DNA of 38,748 nucleotides from Polyangiaceae bacterium (GTDB lineage Bacteria; Myxococcota_A; Polyangia; Polyangiales; Polyangiaceae): NCBI GenBank assembly GCA_035063585.1, contig JAPSGB010000041.1, positions 1 to 38,748 of the forward strand, read 5' to 3'. Shown piece by piece: positions 37,411 to 38,748 of this stretch (position 1 is its first letter; each line of letters starts with the position of its first letter). The notes under the pieces were generated by a model. It saw only the letters and a program-made list of their open reading frames with translations, ran no database searches and was not told where the DNA came from. The position numbers and the translations under genes were made by a program.

Positions 37411-38748
37411 ATGGCGGACTCGATGAAGTGTAGCAACTGCGGCGCTCGGTTCGATGCGCCCAGCCGGGGGCCGGCGACTCCAGCGAGCGGCGGAGCGGTG
37501 CTCGCCCGCTGCCCGCGCTGCGCCGCCAAGGTCGCGAGCCCGCGAGCAGAGTTGACCCCGATCAAGAATGACGAGGTTGCGCGGCCCGCTCGGCCGCCGC
37601 GCCCGAAGCAGCCGAGCGCTCCTCGGCTCGAGCCGGCGCCCGGGGAGACGCCGACCGTACCGCTCACCTTTGGGCTCGGCCCGAGCGCGCCCGCCGAACC
37701 GGAGCCGTGGACGGTCAGCTACGCGGACGACGACGATCGTGAGCTCACCGAAGACGAGCTCATCGGAGCGCTCGAGCGAGGCGAGATCACCCCCGACACC
37801 ATCGTGTGGCGTGACGGCATGGATGACTGGCTGCCGATTTCGAGCGTTCCCGAGCTCGCTGGCCCGCTCCGGCGTGCGATGGACGCCGCGGCGCGCGGCG
37901 CGGAATCTAGCGACGAGGAAGCGGCCCCGGTGAGCCTCGAGCCGGAGTCCCTCCCGAGCGACGCGATCTCGGCGATCCCGGAGCCCGGGCCGCGCGCGCT
38001 GTCGGCCGGCACGCTCTTCATGGATGGACCCAAGCGGCCACCGGTGCCCGCGCCGAGGGCGCCGCGCGCGGCGAGCGCGCCCGCCGCGCCGAAGGGCGCG
38101 AGCGACGCGAAGCAGCCACCCGGGCCGCCTCCGCGCGCGAAGATGGACACTGCGCCCGGCATTGGGCCACGCGCCCTGCCGAAGCCGCCAACTCCGGCGA
38201 AGCGGCCGATACCGGAGCTCTCGGCGAACGCGGAGGGAGAGCCGTCGAGCTCGGAGCTCCCGACCCTCACCTCGCTCGCGAGCCCGAAGCCGCCGAGTCG
38301 CTCGAAGCCCGACGAGGACGCGGGGTTCGATCTGCTGTCGCTCGGGAGCCCGTCGGGCGGTATCGCGGGCCTCGAGCTCCGCCCGCCCACCTTCGGTGCC
38401 GAGCCGCTCGTGACGAGCCTCGATGCGCCGCCGGTCGAGCCGAGCGACGGCATCGACGAGGTCACCATCGAGCTCCCGCCTCGAGCAGAGGGCCTGGTGG
38501 AGAGCGCGGCGGCGAAGCGTGACGTCGGCGGCGCGGCCCGGGCGCCAGCGACCGAGCCAACCACGGAAAAGCGCAAGAGCCCGCTCCCGTGGCTCGCGCT
38601 CGCCGCGGCCGCCGCGTTCGCCGTCTACTGGTTCGTGCTGCGGGCTCCGGCGCCGGAGCCCGCGCCGGCACCGACGGCGGCGGCGGAGCGCCCAGCGACC
38701 GCGGAGCAGCCCGCGCCGACGACCGACAGTGCGGCGCCCGGGCCGCCA
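37411..38748 (+). CDS. Zinc-ribbon + GYF_2 (DUF4339) + Pro-rich linker + TM protein (AgmX/GltJ-like architecture), 3' truncated
   Basis: Absent from the ORF track because it runs off the window. Translates MADSMKCSNCG…RCPRCAA; EITPDTIVWRDGMDDWLPISSVPEL (GYF_2); TM PLPWLALAAAAAFAVYWFVL near 38581-38640; open to the window end. Confidence 0.88.
   Translation, partial: MADSMKCSNCGARFDAPSRGPATPASGGAVLARCPRCAAKVASPRAELTPIKNDEVARPARPPRPKQPSAPRLEPAPGETPTVPLTFGLGPSAPAEPEPWTVSYADDDDRELTEDELIGALERGEITPDTIVWRDGMDDWLPISSVPELAGPLRRAMDAAARGAESSDEEAAPVSLEPESLPSDAISAIPEPGPRALSAGTLFMDGPKRPPVPAPRAPRAASAPAAPKGASDAKQPPGPPPRAKMDTAPGIGPRALPKPPTPAKRPIPELSANAEGEPSSSELPTLTSLASPKPPSRSKPDEDAGFDLLSLGSPSGGIAGLELRPPTFGAEPLVTSLDAPPVEPSDGIDEVTIELPPRAEGLVESAAAKRDVGGAARAPATEPTTEKRKSPLPWLALAAAAAFAVYWFVLRAPAPEPAPAPTAAAERPATAEQPAPTTDSAAPGPP

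Overview
Very GC-rich bacterial chromosome segment. Gene content and style (many Gly/Cys-rich lipoproteins, a Hanks-type kinase, a GYF_2 protein, a sigma54 promoter) suggest a myxobacterium of the Polyangiales type; this is inference. I support 25 complete CDSs and two edge-truncated ones; most long ORFs in the supplied track are antisense or off-frame shadows. Recognisable genes: AhpD/CMD protein, GST, PHB-depolymerase-like esterase, ZnuABC-type metal ABC importer, RlpA, a beta-barrel plus lipase-like lipoprotein pair, a CaCA antiporter behind a yybP-ykoY (Mn2+) riboswitch, a GH35-like protein, a YciO/Sua5-family protein, FdxA ferredoxin, a TolB-like propeller, a tandem AAA+ ATPase, PBP1A, a Ser/Thr kinase and PgeF. 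The two best candidates for something undescribed, both matched by eye and needing structural confirmation, are: (1) an exported lipoprotein (21838-23424) whose N-terminal half follows the bacterial gasdermin pattern; (2) a ~1560-aa lipoprotein (7121-11809) ending in a Tc-toxin TcA-like helical hairpin and TcB-binding-type domain, with no TcB/TcC but coupled to a glycine-rich lipoprotein. Regulatory signals include a DriD/WYL-type palindrome before the AAA+ gene, a sigma54 promoter positioned for a leaderless mRNA, and a recurring -10 box 6-9 nt before SD-less start codons. I saw no rRNA, tRNA, CRISPR array or transposase.
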